Of a DNA stretch of 64,000 bases, positions 40,035 to 53,180 are shown piece by piece (positions within the stretch are counted from its first letter, which is position 1; each line of letters starts with the position of its first letter). The notes beneath the pieces were generated by a model, which was not told where the DNA came from, ran no database searches, and saw only the letters and a list, made by a program, of their open reading frames with translations. Source of the DNA: Macrostomum lignano (taxonomy: Eukaryota); assembly GCA_002269645.1 (NCBI GenBank), contig NIVC01000491.1, forward strand, positions 186,001-250,000, given 5' to 3'. The position numbers were made by a program, and so were the translations under genes.

Positions 40035-43000
40035 ACTAGTGAATGAAGACGCTGTCGTCTTCAAAGGTGGGACGATGGTTTATATTGTGTCCATTATTGT
40101 TTATGGCTATGACATCTATTTATTTAACCTAAATTGAGAGCTAAAAAGCCCCCCACGCTCCTGGCATTAGTTAGTCTAGTGGTATAGTGGGGGACTGGCC
40201 GCCCCCCACGCCCCTGGCATTAGTTAGTCTAGTGGTATAGTGGGGGGCTGGCCGCCCCCCACGCCCCTGGCATTAGTTAGTCTAGTGGTATAGTGGGGGC
40301 TGGCCGCCCCCCACGCCCCTGGCATTTGTTAGTCTAGTGGTATAGTGGGGGCTGGCCGCCCCCCACGCCCCTGGCATTTATTAGTCTAGTGGTATAGTGG
40401 GGGGCTCGCCGCCCCCACGCCCCTGGCATTAGTTAGTCTAAGTGGTATAGTGGGGGCTGGCCACCCCCACGCCCCTGGCATTAGTTAGTCTAGTGGTATA
40501 GTGGGTGGCTGGCCGCCCCCCACGCCCCTGGCATTAGTTAGTCTAGTGGTATAGTGGGGGCTGGCCGCCCCCACGCCCCTGGCATTAGTTAGTCTAGTGG
40601 TATAGTGGGGGGCTGGCCGCCCCCCACGCCCCTGGCATTAGTTAGTCTAGTGGTATAGTGGGGGGCTGGCCGCCCCCCACGCCCCTGGCATTAGTTAGTC
40701 TAGTGGTATAGTGGTATAGTGGGGGGCTAGCCGCCCCCCACGCCCCTGGCATTAGTTAGTCTAGTGGTATAGTGGGGGGCTGGCCGCCCCCCACGCCCCT
40801 GGCATTAGTTAGTCTAGTGGTATAGTGGGGGCTGGCCGCCCCCCACGCCCCTGGCATTAGTTAGTCTAGTGGTATAGTGGGGGCTGGCCACCCCCCACGC
40901 CCCTGGCATTAGTTAGTCTAGTGGTATAGTGGGGGGCTGGCCACCCCCACGCCCCTGGCATTAGTTAGTCTAGTGGTATAGTGGGGGGCTGGCCGCCCCC
41001 CACGCCCCTGGCATTAGTTAGTCTAGTGGTATAGTGGGGGGCTGGCCGCCCCCCACGCCCCTGGCATTAGTTAGTCTAGTGGTATAGTGGGGGGCTGGCC
41101 GCCCCCCACGCCCCTGGCATTAGTTAGTCTAAGTGGTATAGTGGGGGGCTGGCCGCCCCCCACGCCCCTGGCATTAGTTAGTCTAGTGGTATAGTGGGGG
41201 GCTGGCCGCCCCCCACGCCCCTGGCATTAGTTAGTCTAGTGGTATAGTGGGGGGCTGGCCGCCCCCCACGCCCCTGGCATTAGTTAGTCTAAGTGGTATA
41301 GTGGGGGCTGGCCGCCCCCCACGCCCCTGGCATTAGTTAGTCTAGTGGTATAGTGGGGGGCTGGCCACCCCCCACGCCCCTGGCATTAGTTAGTCTAGTG
41401 GTATAGTGGGGGCTGGCCGCCCCCCACGCCCCTGGCATTTATTAGTCTAGTGGTATAGTGGGGGCTCGCCGCCCCCCACGCCCCTGGCATTAGTTAGTCT
41501 AAGTGGTATAGTGGGGGCTGGCCGCCCCCACGCCCCTGGCATTAGTTAGTCTAGTGGTATGGTGGTATAGTGGGGGCTGGCCGCCCCCCACACACCTGGC
41601 ATTAGTTAGTCTAGTGGTATAGTAGGGGGCTGGCCGCCCCCCACGCCCCTGGCATTAGTTAGTCTAGTGGTATAGTGGGGGGCTGGCCGCCCCCCACGCC
41701 CCTGGCATTAGTTAGTCTAGTGGTATAGTGGGGGGCTGGCCGCCCCCCACGCCCCTGGCATTAGTTAGTCTAAGTGGTATAGTGGGGGGCTTGCCGCCCC
41801 CCACGCCCCTGGCATTAGTTAGTCTAGTGGTATAGTGGGGGGCTGGCCACCCCCCACGCCCCTGGCATTAGTTAGTCTAGTGGTATAGTGGGGGCTGGCC
41901 GCCCCCACGCCCCTGGCATTAGTTAGTCTAGTGGTATAGTGGGGGGCTGGCCGCCCCCCACGCCCCTGGCATTAGTTAGTCTAGTGGTATAGTGGGGGGC
42001 TGGCCGCCCCCACGCCCCTGGCATTAGTTAGTCTAAGTGGTATAGTGGGGGGCTGCCGCCCCCACGCCCCTGGCATTAGTTAGTCTAGTGGTATAGTGGG
42101 GGCTGGCCGCCCCCACGCCCCTGGCATTAGTTAGTCTAGTGGTATAGTGGTATAGTGGGGGGCTAGCCGCCCCCACGCCCCTGGCATTAGTTAGTCTAGT
42201 GGTATAGTGGGGGGCTGGCCGCCCCCCACGCCCCTGGCATTAGTTAGTCTAGTGGTATAGTAGGGGGCTGGCCGCCCCCCACGCCCCTGGCATTTATTAG
42301 TCTAGTGGTATAGTGGGGGCTAGCCGCCCCCCACGCCCCTGGCATTAGTTAGTCTAGTGGTATAGTGGGGGCTGGCCGCCCCCCACGCCCCTGGCATTAG
42401 TTAGTCTAGTGGTATAGTGGGGGGCTGGCCACCCCCACGCCCCTGGCATTAGTTAGTCTAGTGGTATAGTGGGGGGCTGGCCACCCCCACGCCCCTGGCA
42501 TTAGTTAGTCTAGTGGTATAGTGGGGGGCTGGCCGCCCCCACGCCCCTGGCATTAGTTAGTCTAGTGGTATAGTGGGGGGCTGGCCGCCCCCCACGCCCC
42601 TGGCATTAGTTAGTCTAGTGGTATAGTGGGGGGCTGGCCGCCCCCCACGCCCCTGGCATTAGTTAGTCTAAGTGGTATAGTGGGGGGCTGGCCGCCCCCA
42701 CGCCCCTGGCATTAGTTAGTCTAGTGGTATAGTGGGGGGCTGGCCGCCCCCACGCCCCTGGCATTAGTTAGTCTAGTGGTATAGTGGGGGCTGGCCGCCC
42801 CCCACGCCCCTGGCATTAGTTAGTCTAAGTGGTATAGTGGGGGCTGGCCGCCCCCCACGCCCCTGGCATTAGTTAGTCTAGTGGTATAGTGGGGGGCTGG
42901 CCACCCCCCACGCCCCTGGCATTAGTTAGTCTAGTGGTATAGTGGGGGCTGGCCGCCCCCCACGCCCCTGGCATTTATTAGTCTAGTGGTATAGTGGGGG

Positions 43001-46000
43001 GCTCGCCGCCCCCACGCCCCTGGCATTAGTTAGTCTAAGTGGTATAGTGGGGGCTGGCCGCCCCCACGCCCCTGGCATTAGTTAGTCTAGTGGTATAGTG
43101 GTATAGTGGGGGGCTGGCCGCCCCCCACACACCTGGCATTAGTTAGTCTAGTGGTATAGTAGGGGGCTGGCCGCCCCCCACGCCCTGGCATTAGTTAGTC
43201 TAGTGGTATAGTGGGGGGCTGGCCGCCCCCCACGCCCCTGGCATTAGTTAGTCTAGTGGTATAGTGGGGGCTGGCCGCCCCCACGCCCCTGGCATTAGTT
43301 AGTCTAAGTGGTATAGTGGGGGGCTTGCCGCCCCCCACGCCCCTGGCATTAGTTAGTCTAGTGGTATAGTGGGGGCTGGCCACCCCCCACGCCCCTGGCA
43401 TTAGTTAGTCTAGTGGTATAGTGGGGGGCTGGCCGCCCCCCACGCCCCTGGCATTAGTTAGTCTAGTGGTATAGTGGGGGCTGGCCGCCCCCCACGCCCC
43501 TGGCATTAGTTAGTCTAGTGGTATAGTAGGGGGCTGGCCGCCCCCACGCCCCTGGCATTTATTAGTCTAGTGGTATAGTGGGGGCTGGCCGCCCCCCACG
43601 CCCCTGGCATTAGTTTCTCTAGTGGTATAGTGGGGGCTGGCCGCCCCCCACGCCCCTGGCATTAGTTAGTCTAGTGGTATAGTGGGGGGCTGGCCGCCCC
43701 CCACGCCACTGGCATTAGTTAGTCTAGTGGTATAGTGGGGGCTGGCCGCCCCCACACCCTGGCATTAGTTTCTCTAGTGGTATAGTGGGGAGTTGGCCGC
43801 CCCCACGCCCCTGGCATTAGTTTGTCTAGTGGTATAGTGGAGGGCTGGCCGCCCCCACACCCCCGCTCCCCCACCCCTCCGCGCGTTGTTGTTGGGGAGG
43901 GTGGTTGTTGTTGTGGGGTTTGCGTAACGTGGGGGCTGCCGCCCCCACACCCCGCTCCCCCACCCCTCCGCGCGTTGTTGTTGGGGAGGGTGGTTGTTGT
44001 TGTGGGGTTTGCGTAACGTGGGGGCTGCCGCCCCCACACCCCCGCTCCCCACCCCTCCCGCACATTGTTGTTGGGGAGGGTGGTTGTTGTTGTGGGGTTT
44101 GCGTAACGTGGGGCTGCCGCCCCCACACCCCGCTCCCCCACCCCACCCCTCCGCAACTTTTCCCACCTCTAACACATCTTTTTAGCATGCTAAAACTGCT
44201 TGTAAGCCTTTGGCGACCGCGCAACACATGATACTTGCCGATATGTATCGTAATATTCTTTCTGCACTAACAAATCATCTGTGCCGCACTTTCAGCTTCA
44301 CTCTTACTCTTTAATAAGGTATAGAAGGAAAGGAAAATTAAACAATCAATATTAAATTATATTCAAGTGAAAGAGAATTGAAAATACTAATAAATCCGTT
44401 CCTGCTAAAAAATTAAATATAAAAAAAACTTGGCCCACTTGGGATTCGAACCCGTGTTTAGGCCATTTACAAAGCAACTGCCTTCGGCCCCGATCCATCT
44501 CTTACTTAAGCGAAGCTCTACAGTGCACGCCGTTTATATCGAATATTCCCTATGGTAGCCACTTTTACGATTTTTGCTGCTTTTTCATACATTTCTGCTC
44601 GCTGCATCGCAGCGCCTTCATCTAAAAATGCGAGTCGCATGTCGTTACAGAGATAACATCAAGGCGCATTCATCTAATGCATTTTTAAAGTATGTCAACA
44701 AATTTTACGCCTCCTAGGCGCCAAATTGTGCATTTTCACCTGTTCTGACAGGTATTCAAACAGGTATTAAGACCTATTAACTTAAGAATCAGTTTTCAAA
44801 ACTAATTTAGTTGCACAGTGCATCCATAGTGCTGTTTTTAGAAACCAAAATTGAGTCTCTAGGCCTTGCCAATGCAGAGTTATTAGCAAAAGTATGCTCA
44901 AAATTTGCCCAAAAATAGCCTTCTCAAAATTCGGAGCCAATTTTCTCAAAAATACGAATTTTCCAGCCATATTGGCGTATGACCGGTGTAACTTCATCTA
45001 TTCGACTAAACAATATTGAAAATGCAGAAAAATCGGTGCGCAAAATTTCTTATTTTTCCACTTCAAAGTTTGTACCCCAAAATGGGCCGTTTTTCACTTA
45101 ACAGGTAAAAAGTACCTGTTAACAGGGGTTTTTTCAGGAGTGTCTTATGTCATTCAAAAGGGCATCCGATGGGCTACAATTTGACGCCATACTCGAAAAA
45201 CTTTGCCCCATTTTAAAAAAATTTCCTTAACAACGTCTGATTTTCTGCAGTGCCCCCCGGCCTCTTTTTTCCCTGGTTTTCGGGTCACTGCTCAGCACAG
45301 GTAGGTCCAAATGCTTAGAAAATTTAGGAAAACAAATTTCCATATGTTTGACACATCGTGTTAAAGTCTCACCACTGTAGCATAAAACACTTTTTCAAGT
45401 TTGAGGACTACTTTTTTAAAACGTGACCCAATTTTTTGAAAATGTCGTTTTTAGGCACTCTTTGGCACCTGGGCAGGTTATTGATGGCCCAATAAGCCAA
45501 ATCTCGATGTTTCCGAATAGAAGACATCTATTTGAGTAATTTGGTGTAGAAATATTAAAAAATAAAGTTTTTAATCTCGACGAGATAGGCCTCACAAAAG
45601 TGCACTAAAAATTTGTACTTTTAAAGTGCAGATAGGCAGCCATGTGAAAAGTACATTTTAGCCCTAAAAACTATAGCGCATCAAACAGCCCCAGGTGTTA
45701 TTGACGCTATGAGGCAGCTCAAAGGCCGCGCTATCGCGCGTCCTTTTCGCTGCGGTGAGGCAAAGTTGGAAAAAATGCCAATTTTTCGACCTCAAAAAAC
45801 ACGTTTTTTGTACTTTTAGCCTAGACGTTAAAGTACAATAAAAAAATCCATTTCTGATCATTGTAGCGTTCGAATGCCCGCGTTTACTGAGCCAGCCCGC
45901 TAAGCGCTGCCATATTCTCAATCCTTATTTTTTGAGATCAAAGTTTTTGACAAAGTCGAAAAAACGCAGTTTTTGGTTGCCATGGCAACCAAAACGCATT

Positions 46001-46247
46001 GCCATGGCAACCAACTATTGTGCATCCGATAGCGCTAGGTCTTTGACACATTTTGGCAAAAACCGTTTGTAAATTGGTCGTACCGTTTTTTATTGGCAGC
46101 GTTTAAAAGTTGAAAAACGTCATTTTTAGTGTGTGCAACCACGTTACATCTTATCAGGGACGATTTCGCAAAAGTAAGCACCATAGAAAAAAATTCTCGC
46201 TTCGCTCGCCTTTTTTTCTATACTACTTACTGGCTCATCGTCCCACA
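40035..46247 (-). mobile_element. Non-autonomous Helitron-like (Helentron/HLE2-type) element, copy 1, 6.2 kb
   Basis: Asymmetric subterminal IRs GTGGGACGATG (40067-40077) / CATCGTCCCAC (46236-46246). Hairpin TGAAGACG-CTGT-CGTCTTCA (40044-40063), then minus-strand ...TTCACTAG|T end. No long ORF; internal 51-53-bp array. Confidence 0.65.
40135..43860. repeat. 51-53-bp minisatellite (GGCATTAGTTAGTCTAGTGGTATAGTGGGGGGCTGGCCGCCCCCCACGCCCCT)n inside element copy 1
   Basis: About 70 units, each with a 9-bp GC stem-loop; about 6 units of the same repeat occur at 50465-50790. Confidence 0.97.
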
Positions 46248-49200
46248 ACTAGTGAATGAAGACGCTGTCGTCTTCAAAGGTGGGACGATGGTTTATATAT
46301 TGTTTGTAACTTTTATGGCCTAATTTTAAATTTAAAAAAAACTAAGAAGCTTAGTTGATTATAATTTAATTTAAACAAAGTTTAAGCATAACTGTTTAAA
46401 AAATTAATAAAAATACTTATGATGGTTTATTATGTCCATTATTGTTTATGGCTTAATATAAATTTTAAAAAAAACTAAGAAGCTTAGTTGATTATAATTT
46501 AATTTAAACAAAGTTTAAGCATAACTATTTAAAAAAATTAATAAAAACACTTATGATGGTTTATTATGTCCATTATTGTTTATGGCTATGACCTATTTAT
46601 TTAACCCAAATTAAGAACTAATTAAAACGCTATATCGTGTTTTTATATTTTACGGCTATGACGTATGAAGAACTAAATAGCTTAATGGGCTACATTTTCA
46701 ATTTGATTTAAACAAAGTGTATACATAACTGTGGAAATATAATAATAAAAAATATTTTATTAGATTACAAGAATATCCACTCTGCTGTTGTGTAGAAAGG
46801 GTTGTTAAGGCGGTTGTTGTTGTTTGTTGGTTGTAAAAGGGGTTGTTGTTGTTGGGTTTTTGTTGTTGTTGGGGTTGTTGTTGTTGTTGTTGGGGGGGGT
46901 TGTTGTTGGGGGTTTGCGTAACGTGGGGGCTGCCGCCCCACACCCCCGCTCCCCACCCCTCCCGCGCGTTGTTGTTGGGGAGGGTGGTTGTTGTTGTGGG
47001 TTTGCGTAACGTGGGGGCTGCCGCCCCCACACCCCCGCTCCCCCACCCCTCCCGCGCGTTGTTGTTGGGGAGGGTGGTTGTTGTTGGGGTTTGCGTAACG
47101 TGGGGGCTGCCGCCCCCACACCCCCGCTCCCCCACCCCTCCCGCGCGTTGTTGTTGGGGAGGGTGGCTGTTGTTGTGGGGTTTGCGTAACGTGGGGGCTG
47201 CCGCCCCCACACCCCCGCTCCCCCACCCCTCCCGCGCGTTGTTGTTGGGGAGGGTGGTTGTTGTTGGGGTTTGCGTATTGTGGGGGCTGCCGCCCCCACA
47301 CCCCCGCTCCCCCACCTAACCCCTCCGCAAATTTTCGCACCTCTAACACATCTTTTTAGCACGCTAAAACTGCTTGTAAGCCTTCTTGCGACCACGCAAC
47401 ACATACTTGCCGATATGTATCGTAATACTCTTTCTGCACTAACAAATCATCTGTGCCGCACTTTCAGCTTCACTCTTACTCTTTAATAAGGTATACAAGG
47501 AAAGGAAAATTAAACAATTAATATTAAATTATATTCAAGTGAAAGAGAATTGAAAATACTAATAAATCCGTTCCTGCTAAAAAAATTAAATATAAAAAAA
47601 CCTGGCCCACTTGGGATTCGAACCCGTGTTTAAGCCATTTACAAAGCAACTGCCTTCGGCCCCGATCCATCTCTCGCTTGAGCGAAGCTCTACAGTGCAC
47701 GCGCTTTATATCGAATATTCCGTATGTATGGTAGCCACTTATACGATTTTTGCTGCTTTTTCATACATTTCTGCTCGCTGCATCGCAACGCCTTAACCTA
47801 AAAATACGAGTCGCATGTCGTTACAGAGATAACATCAAGGCGCATTCATCCAATGCATTTTCAAACTATGTCAACAAATTTTTTCGGCTGCTAGGCGCCA
47901 AATTATGAATTTTTACCTGTTCTGACAGGTATTCAAACAGGTATTTAGACCTGTTAACCTAAGAATCAGTTTTCAAAACTTATTTAGTTGCATAGTGCAT
48001 CCATAATGCTGTTTTTAGACACCAAACTTGAGTCTCTAGGTCTCGCCAATGCAGAGTTATTAGCAAAAGTATGCTCAAAATTTGCCCAAAAATGGCCTAC
48101 TCAAAATTCGGAGCCAATTTTCTCAAAAATACGAATTTTCCAGCCATATTGGCGTATGACCGGTGAAACTTCAGCTATTCGACTAAACAATATTGAAAAT
48201 ACAGAAAAATCGGTGCGCAAAATTTCTTATTTTTCGACTTCAAAGTTTGTACCCCAAATGGGCCGTTTTTCACTTAACAGGTAAAAAGTACCTGTTAACA
48301 GGTATTTTTTCCAGAGTGTCTTGCGCCATTCGAACGGGCATCCGATGGGCTACAATTTGACACCACACTCGAAAAAATTCGCCCAGTAATAAAAATTTTT
48401 CTTTAACAACATATGCTTTTTTGGTCGAGTCCCCCGGCCTCTTTTTTCCCCGGTTTCCGGGTCACTGCTCCGCACCGGTAGGTCCAAATGCTTAGAAAAT
48501 TTAGGAAAACAAATTTCCATATGTTTGACACGTTTTGTTAAAATCTCAACACCGTAGCTTAAAACACTTTCTTATTTTTGGAGACTACTTTTTGAAAACG
48601 TGACCCAAATTTTCAAAAACACTCTTTTTGACCCTTGTAGCCATATAGAGCAGCAATGAATGGCCCAATCAAGCAGATCTCAGCATTTCCGAATAAAAGA
48701 CATCCATTTGAGTGATTTGGGTTGAAAAATTGAAAAAATCAAGATTTGCATCTGTATAGGATAAGCCTCTTTAAAGTGCACAAACGGTTTGTACTTTTAA
48801 AGTGCAGATAGGCAGCCATGTCAAAAGTACATTTTAGCCCAAAAAATTATAGCGCATCTAAAAGCCCCAGGTGTTGTTGACATTAGGCAGCAGCTCAAAA
48901 GCCGCGCTATTGCGCGTCCTTTTCGCTGCAGTACGGGCAAGGTTGAAAAACATGTACAAAAAATTGGCCGAAAAATTGCATTTTTAAAAATCAGATGCAG
49001 TTTGCTCAAAAATACGAATTTTCCAGCCATATTGGCGTATGACCGGTGAAACTTTAGCTATTCGACTAAACAATATTGAAAATGCAGAAAAATCGGTGCG
49101 CAAAATTTCTTATTTTTCCACTCCAAAGTTTGTACCCCAAAATGGGCCGTTTTTCACTTAACCGGTAAAAAGTACCTGTTAACAGGGGTTTTTTCCACAG

Positions 49201-50306
49201 TGTCTTATGTCATTCAAAAGGGCATCCGATGGGCTACAAGTTGACACTACACTCGAAAAAATTCGCCCCATTTTAAAAAAATTTCCTTAACAACGTTTGA
49301 TTTTCTGCAGAGCCCCCGGGCCCTTTTTTCCCTGGTTTCCGGGTCACTGCTCCGCACAGGTAGGTCCAAATGCTTAGAAAATTCAGGAAAACAAATTTCC
49401 ATATATTTGACACGTTGTGTTAAAGTCTCAACACCGTAGCATAAAACACTTTCTTATTTTTTGGGACTACTTTTTAAAAACGTGACCCAATTTTTCGAAA
49501 ATGTCGTTTTTAGGCACTCTTTGGCACCTGGGCAGGTTATTGATGGCCCAATCGGCCAAATCTCGATGTTTCCGATTAAAAGACATCCATTTGAGTTATT
49601 TGGTATACAAAACAGCAAAAATAAAGTTTTCCATCTCGACGCCATAGGCCTCACAAAAGTGCACTAAAAATTTGTACTTTTAAACAGCAGATAGGCAGCC
49701 ATGTGAAAAGTACATTTTAGCCCAAAAAACTATACCGCATCAAACAGCCCCAAGTGTTTTTGAGGCTAGGAGGCAGCTCAAAGGCCGCGCTATCGCGCGT
49801 CCTTTTCGCTGCGGTAAGGCAAAGTTGAAAAAAATGCCAATTTTTCGACCTCAAAAAACACGTTTTTTGTACTTTTAGCCTAGACGTTAAAGTACAATAA
49901 AAAAATCCATTTCTGATCATTGTAGAGTTCGAATGCCCGCGTTTACTGAGCCAGCCCGCTAAGCGCTGCCATATTCTCAATCCTTATTTTTTGAGATCAA
50001 AGTTTTTGACAAAGTCGAAAAAACGCAGTTTTTGGTTGCCATGGCAACCAAAATGCGTCGCCATGACAACCAAACACTGCGGATCTGTTAGCCCTAGGTC
50101 TTTGACGCATTTTGGCAAAAACCGTTTGTAAATCGGTCGTACCGTTTTTTATGCGCAGCGTTTCAAAGTTGAAAAACGTCATTTTCCTATGTGACACCGT
50201 TGCTACATCTTATCAGGGACGATTTCGCAAAAGTAAGCACCATAGAAAAAAATTCTCGCTTCGCTCGCCTTTTTTTCTATACTACTTACTGGCTCATCGT
50301 CCCACA
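46248..50306 (-). mobile_element. Non-autonomous Helitron-like element, copy 2, 4.1 kb (diverged, internally duplicated)
   Basis: Same two termini; fused head-to-tail to copy 1; lacks the 52-bp array; core segment present twice (~48110-48900 and ~49005-49760). Confidence 0.65.
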
Positions 50307-50350
50307 ACTAGATATGGCGCCACTATAAACTAGATATGGCGCCACTATAA

Positions 50351-53180
50351 ACTAGTGAATGAAGACGCTGTCGTCTTCAAAGGTGGGACGATGGTTTATA
50401 TTGTGTCCATTATTGTTTATGGCTATGACATCTATTTATTTAACCTAAATTGAGAGCTAAAAAGCCCCCCACGCTCCTGGCATTAGTTAGTCTAGTGGTA
50501 TAGTGGGGGACTGGCCGCCCCCCACGCCCCTGGCATTAGTTAGTCTAGTGGTATAGTGGGGGCTGGCCGCCCCCACGCCCCTGGCATTAGTTAGTCTAGT
50601 GGTATAGTGGGGGGCTGGCCGCCCCCCACGCCACTGGCATTAGTTAGTCTAGTGGTATAGTGGGGGGCTGGCCGCCCCCCACACCCCTGGCATTAGTTTC
50701 TCTAGTGGTATAGTGGGGAGTTGGCCGCCCCCACGCCCCTGGCATTAGTTTGTCTAGTGGTATAGTGGAGGGCTGGCCGCCCCCACACCCCCGCTCCCCC
50801 ACCCCTCCCGCGCGTTGTTGTTGGGGAGGGTGGTTGTTGTTGTGGGGTTTGCGTAACGTGGGGGCTGCCGCCCCCACACCCCCGCTCCCCCACCCCTCCC
50901 GCGCGTTGTTGTTGGGGAGGGTGGTTGTTGTTGTGGGGTTTGCGTAACGTGGGGGCTGCCGCCCCCACACCCCCGCTCCCCCACCCCTCCCGCACATTGT
51001 TGTTGGGGAGGGTGGTTGTTGTTGTGGGGTTTGCGTAACGTGGGGGCTGCCGCCCCCACACCCCCGCTCCCCACCCCACCCCTCCGCAACTTTTCCCACC
51101 TCTAACACATCTTTTTAGCATGCTAAAACTGCTTGTAAGCCTTTGGCGACCGCGCAACACATGATACTTGCCGATATGTATCGTAATATTCTTTCTGCAC
51201 TAACAAATCATCTGTGCCGCACTTTCAGCTTCACTCTTACTCTTTAATAAGGTATAGAAGGAAAGGAAAATTAAACAATCAATATTAAATTATATTCAAG
51301 TGAAAGAGAATTGAAAATACTAATAAATCCGTTCCTGCTAAAAAATTAAATATAAAAAAAACTTGGCCCACTTGGGATTCGAACCCGTGTTTAGGCCATT
51401 TACAAAGCAACTGCCTTCGGCCCCGATCCATCTCTTACTTAAGCGAAGCTCTACAGTGCACGCCGTTTATATCGAATATTCCCTATGGTAGCCACTTTTA
51501 CGATTTTTGCTGCTTTTTCATACATTTCTGCTCGCTGCATCGCAGCGCCTTCATCTAAAAATGCGAGTCGCATGTCGTTACAGAGATAACATCAAGGCGC
51601 ATTCATCTAATGCATTTTTAAAGTATGTCAACAAATTTTACGCCTCCTAGGCGCCAAATTGTGCATTTTCACCTGTTCTGACAGGTATTCAAACAGGTAT
51701 TAAGACCTATTAACTTAAGAATCAGTTTTCAAAACTAATTTAGTTGCACAGTGCATCCATAGTGCTGTTTTTAGACACCAAAATTGAGTCTCTAGGCCTT
51801 GCCAATGCAGAGTTATTAGCAAAAGTATGCTCAAAATTTGCCCAAAAATAGCCTTCTCAAAATTCGGAGCCAATTTTCTCAAAAATACGAATTTTCCAGC
51901 CATATTGGCGTATGACCGGTGTAACTTCATCTATTCGACTAAACAATATTGAAAATGCAGAAAAATCGGTGCGCAAAATTTCTTATTTTTCCACTTCAAA
52001 GTTTGTACCCCAAAATGGGCCGTTTTTCACTTAACAGGTAAAAAGTACCTGTTAACAGGGGTTTTTTCAGGAGTGTCTTATGTCATTCAAAAGGGCATCC
52101 GATGGGCTACAATTTGACGCCATACTCGAAAAACTTTGCCCCATTTTAAAAAAATTTCCTTAACAACGTCTGATTTTCTGCAGTGCCCCCCGGCCTCTTT
52201 TTTCCCTGGTTTTCGGGTCACTGCTCAGCACAGGTAGGTCCAAATGCTTAGAAAATTTAGGAAAACAAATTTCCATATGTTTGACACATCGTGTTAAAGT
52301 CTCACCACTGTAGCATAAAACACTTTTTCAAGTTTGAGGACTACTTTTTTAAAACGTGACCCAATTTTTTGAAAATGTCGTTTTTAGGCACTCTTTGGCA
52401 CCTGGGCAGGTTATTGATGGCCCAATAAGCCAAATCTCGATGTTTCCGAATAGAAGACATCTATTTGAGTAATTTGGTGTAGAAATATTAAAAAATAAAG
52501 TTTTTAATCTCGACGAGATAGGCCTCACAAAAGTGCACTAAAAATTTGTACTTTTAAAGTGCAGATAGGCAGCCATGTGAAAAGTACATTTTAGCCCTAA
52601 AAACTATAGCGCATCAAACAGCCCCAGGTGTTATTGACGCTATGAGGCAGCTCAAAGGCCGCGCTATCGCGCGTCCTTTTCGCTGCGGTAAGGCAAAGTT
52701 GAAAAAAATGCCAATTTTTCGACCTCAAAAAACACGTTTTTTGTACTTTTAGCCTAGACGTTAAAGTACAATAAAAAAATCCATTTCTGATCATTGTAGC
52801 GTTCGAATGCCCGCGTTTACTGAGCCAGCCCACTAAGCGCTGCCATATTCTCAATCCTTATTTTTTGAGATCAAAGTTTTTGACAAAGTCGAAAAAACGC
52901 AGTTTTTGGTTGCCATGGCAACCAAAACGCGTTGCCATGGCAACCAACTATTGTGCATCCGATAGTGCTAGGTCTTTGACACATTTTGGCAAAAACTGTT
53001 TGTAAATCGGTCGTACCGTTTTTTATGCGCAGCATTTCAAAGTTGAAAAACGTCATTTTCCTATGTGACACCGTTGCTACATCTTATCAGGGACGATTTC
53101 GCAAAAGTAAGCAGCATAGAAAAAAATTCTCGCTTCGCTCGCATTTTTTCCTATACTACTTACTGGCTCATCGTCCCACA
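50351..53180 (-). mobile_element. Non-autonomous Helitron-like element, copy 3, 2.8 kb
   Basis: Same termini (ACTAGTGAATGAAGACG... at 50351; ...CATCGTCCCACA at 53180); core nearly identical to copy 1; separated from copy 2 by exactly two 22-bp satellite units (50307-50350). Confidence 0.65.

Noticed and set aside
40135-43860. CRISPR-like array of palindromic repeats
   Set aside because: Units are contiguous with no unique spacers, there are no cas genes, and the context is eukaryotic. The same applies to the 60-bp array at 16805-17560.
44415-44520. Functional tRNA gene
   Set aside because: Only the T-loop core pairs; no acceptor stem or convincing anticodon arm.
43719-51160. Pro/Gly/Thr-rich ORFs as a Helitron Rep/Helicase or captured gene
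   Set aside because: They derive from ~88-bp GC/GTT repeats; no HUH or helicase motifs seen.
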